Shown one piece after another: positions 63,296-64,000 of a stretch of 64,000 nucleotides of DNA. The stretch's first letter is position 1; the number at the start of each line of letters is the position of its first letter. The stretch is from contig NC_058383.1 of assembly GCF_018350175.1 (NCBI RefSeq), positions 19,594,001-19,658,000 on the forward strand, in the 5' to 3' direction. A model generated the notes under the pieces. That model did no database searches. It saw nothing but the letters and a program-made list of their open reading frames with translations, and was not told the origin of the DNA. Origin of the DNA: Felis catus. Taxonomy: Eukaryota. Made by a program: the position numbers and the translations under genes.

Positions 63296-63520
63296 TTTTG
63301 TTTTTTTAATTTTTTTAAATGTTTGTTTATTTTTGAGACAGAGAGAGACAGAGCGCGAGTGGGGGAGGGGCAGAGAGAGAGGGAGACACAGAATCGGAAA
63401 CAGGCTCCAGGCTCCGAGCTGTCAGCACAGAGCCCTATGCGAGGCTCGAACCCACGAACTGTGAGATCACAACCCGAGCCGAAGTCAGATGCTTAACCGA
63501 CTGAGCCACCCAGGCGCCCC
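63296..63520 (-). mobile_element. Can-SINE
   Basis: Head, body and tail recognisable. Confidence 0.93.
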
Positions 63521-63637
63521 TGTTTTGTTTTTTTAAGGTACGATATTGATCTTTTTTCCTATTACAAAAGCCACATGGGATCACCGTAGACAATTCGGAA
63601 AAGAGAGACATGCAAACGTACAACAAGAATGCCTGTA

Positions 63638-63847
63638 GGGGGCGCCTGGGTGGCTCCGTCAGTGAAGCCCCTGGCTGGCTCTTCACTTCTGCTGGGGTCC
63701 AGGTCTCCAGGTCTGTGGGACTGAGCCCCAGGTCGGGCTCTGTGCCGACAGGGCAGAACCCGCTTGGGATTCTCCGTCTCCTCTCTCTGCCCCACCCCTG
63801 CTCACAGGTGCACGCTCTCTCTCTCTCAAAACTAAAAAAACTTAAAA
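63638..63847 (+). mobile_element. Older Can-SINE
   Basis: Diverged head, (CT)n and A tail. Confidence 0.85.
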
Positions 63848-64000
63848 CAGAACGGCTGTAATTCCGTCACCTGGAAAAATGCCCCTGGAGACATCTGGCA
63901 TCCAAATCTAGTCCTTTCCACGCGTACCTAGTTTGACAGATCGGGCCGGTACAACGTCTTCTGTTTTGGAGCTTGTGCTTACATCCTGCCCCCCTCCCTC

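Overview
Mammalian genomic DNA from a felid, most likely domestic cat, judged by the feliform-type Can-SINEs. The window holds the complete coding sequence of the interleukin-4 receptor alpha gene (IL4R) on the minus strand. Nine coding exons were reconstructed with canonical GT-AG boundaries and consistent phases: complement(join 61814-61883, 60648-60786, 58752-58903, 57463-57614, 52065-52221, 48544-48640, 46569-46647, 45138-45187, 42248-43805) = 2454 nt, 817 aa. A ~1 kb 3'UTR follows, with AATAAA at 41272-41277. About 30 kb downstream, on the same strand, is what appears to be the non-coding first exon and promoter of IL21R (~10300-10860), matching the known IL4R-IL21R synteny. The rest is intron or intergenic sequence rich in Can-SINEs, decayed LINE-1, MaLR/ERV LTRs, DNA-transposon fossils and simple repeats. 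Almost all ORFs in the six-frame track are spurious. I found no convincing new multi-gene system; the findings concern IL4R alleles and splicing, IL21R uORFs, nested insertions and an LTR-split minisatellite. Repeat family names and comparisons with human sequence are from memory and need alignment to confirm.
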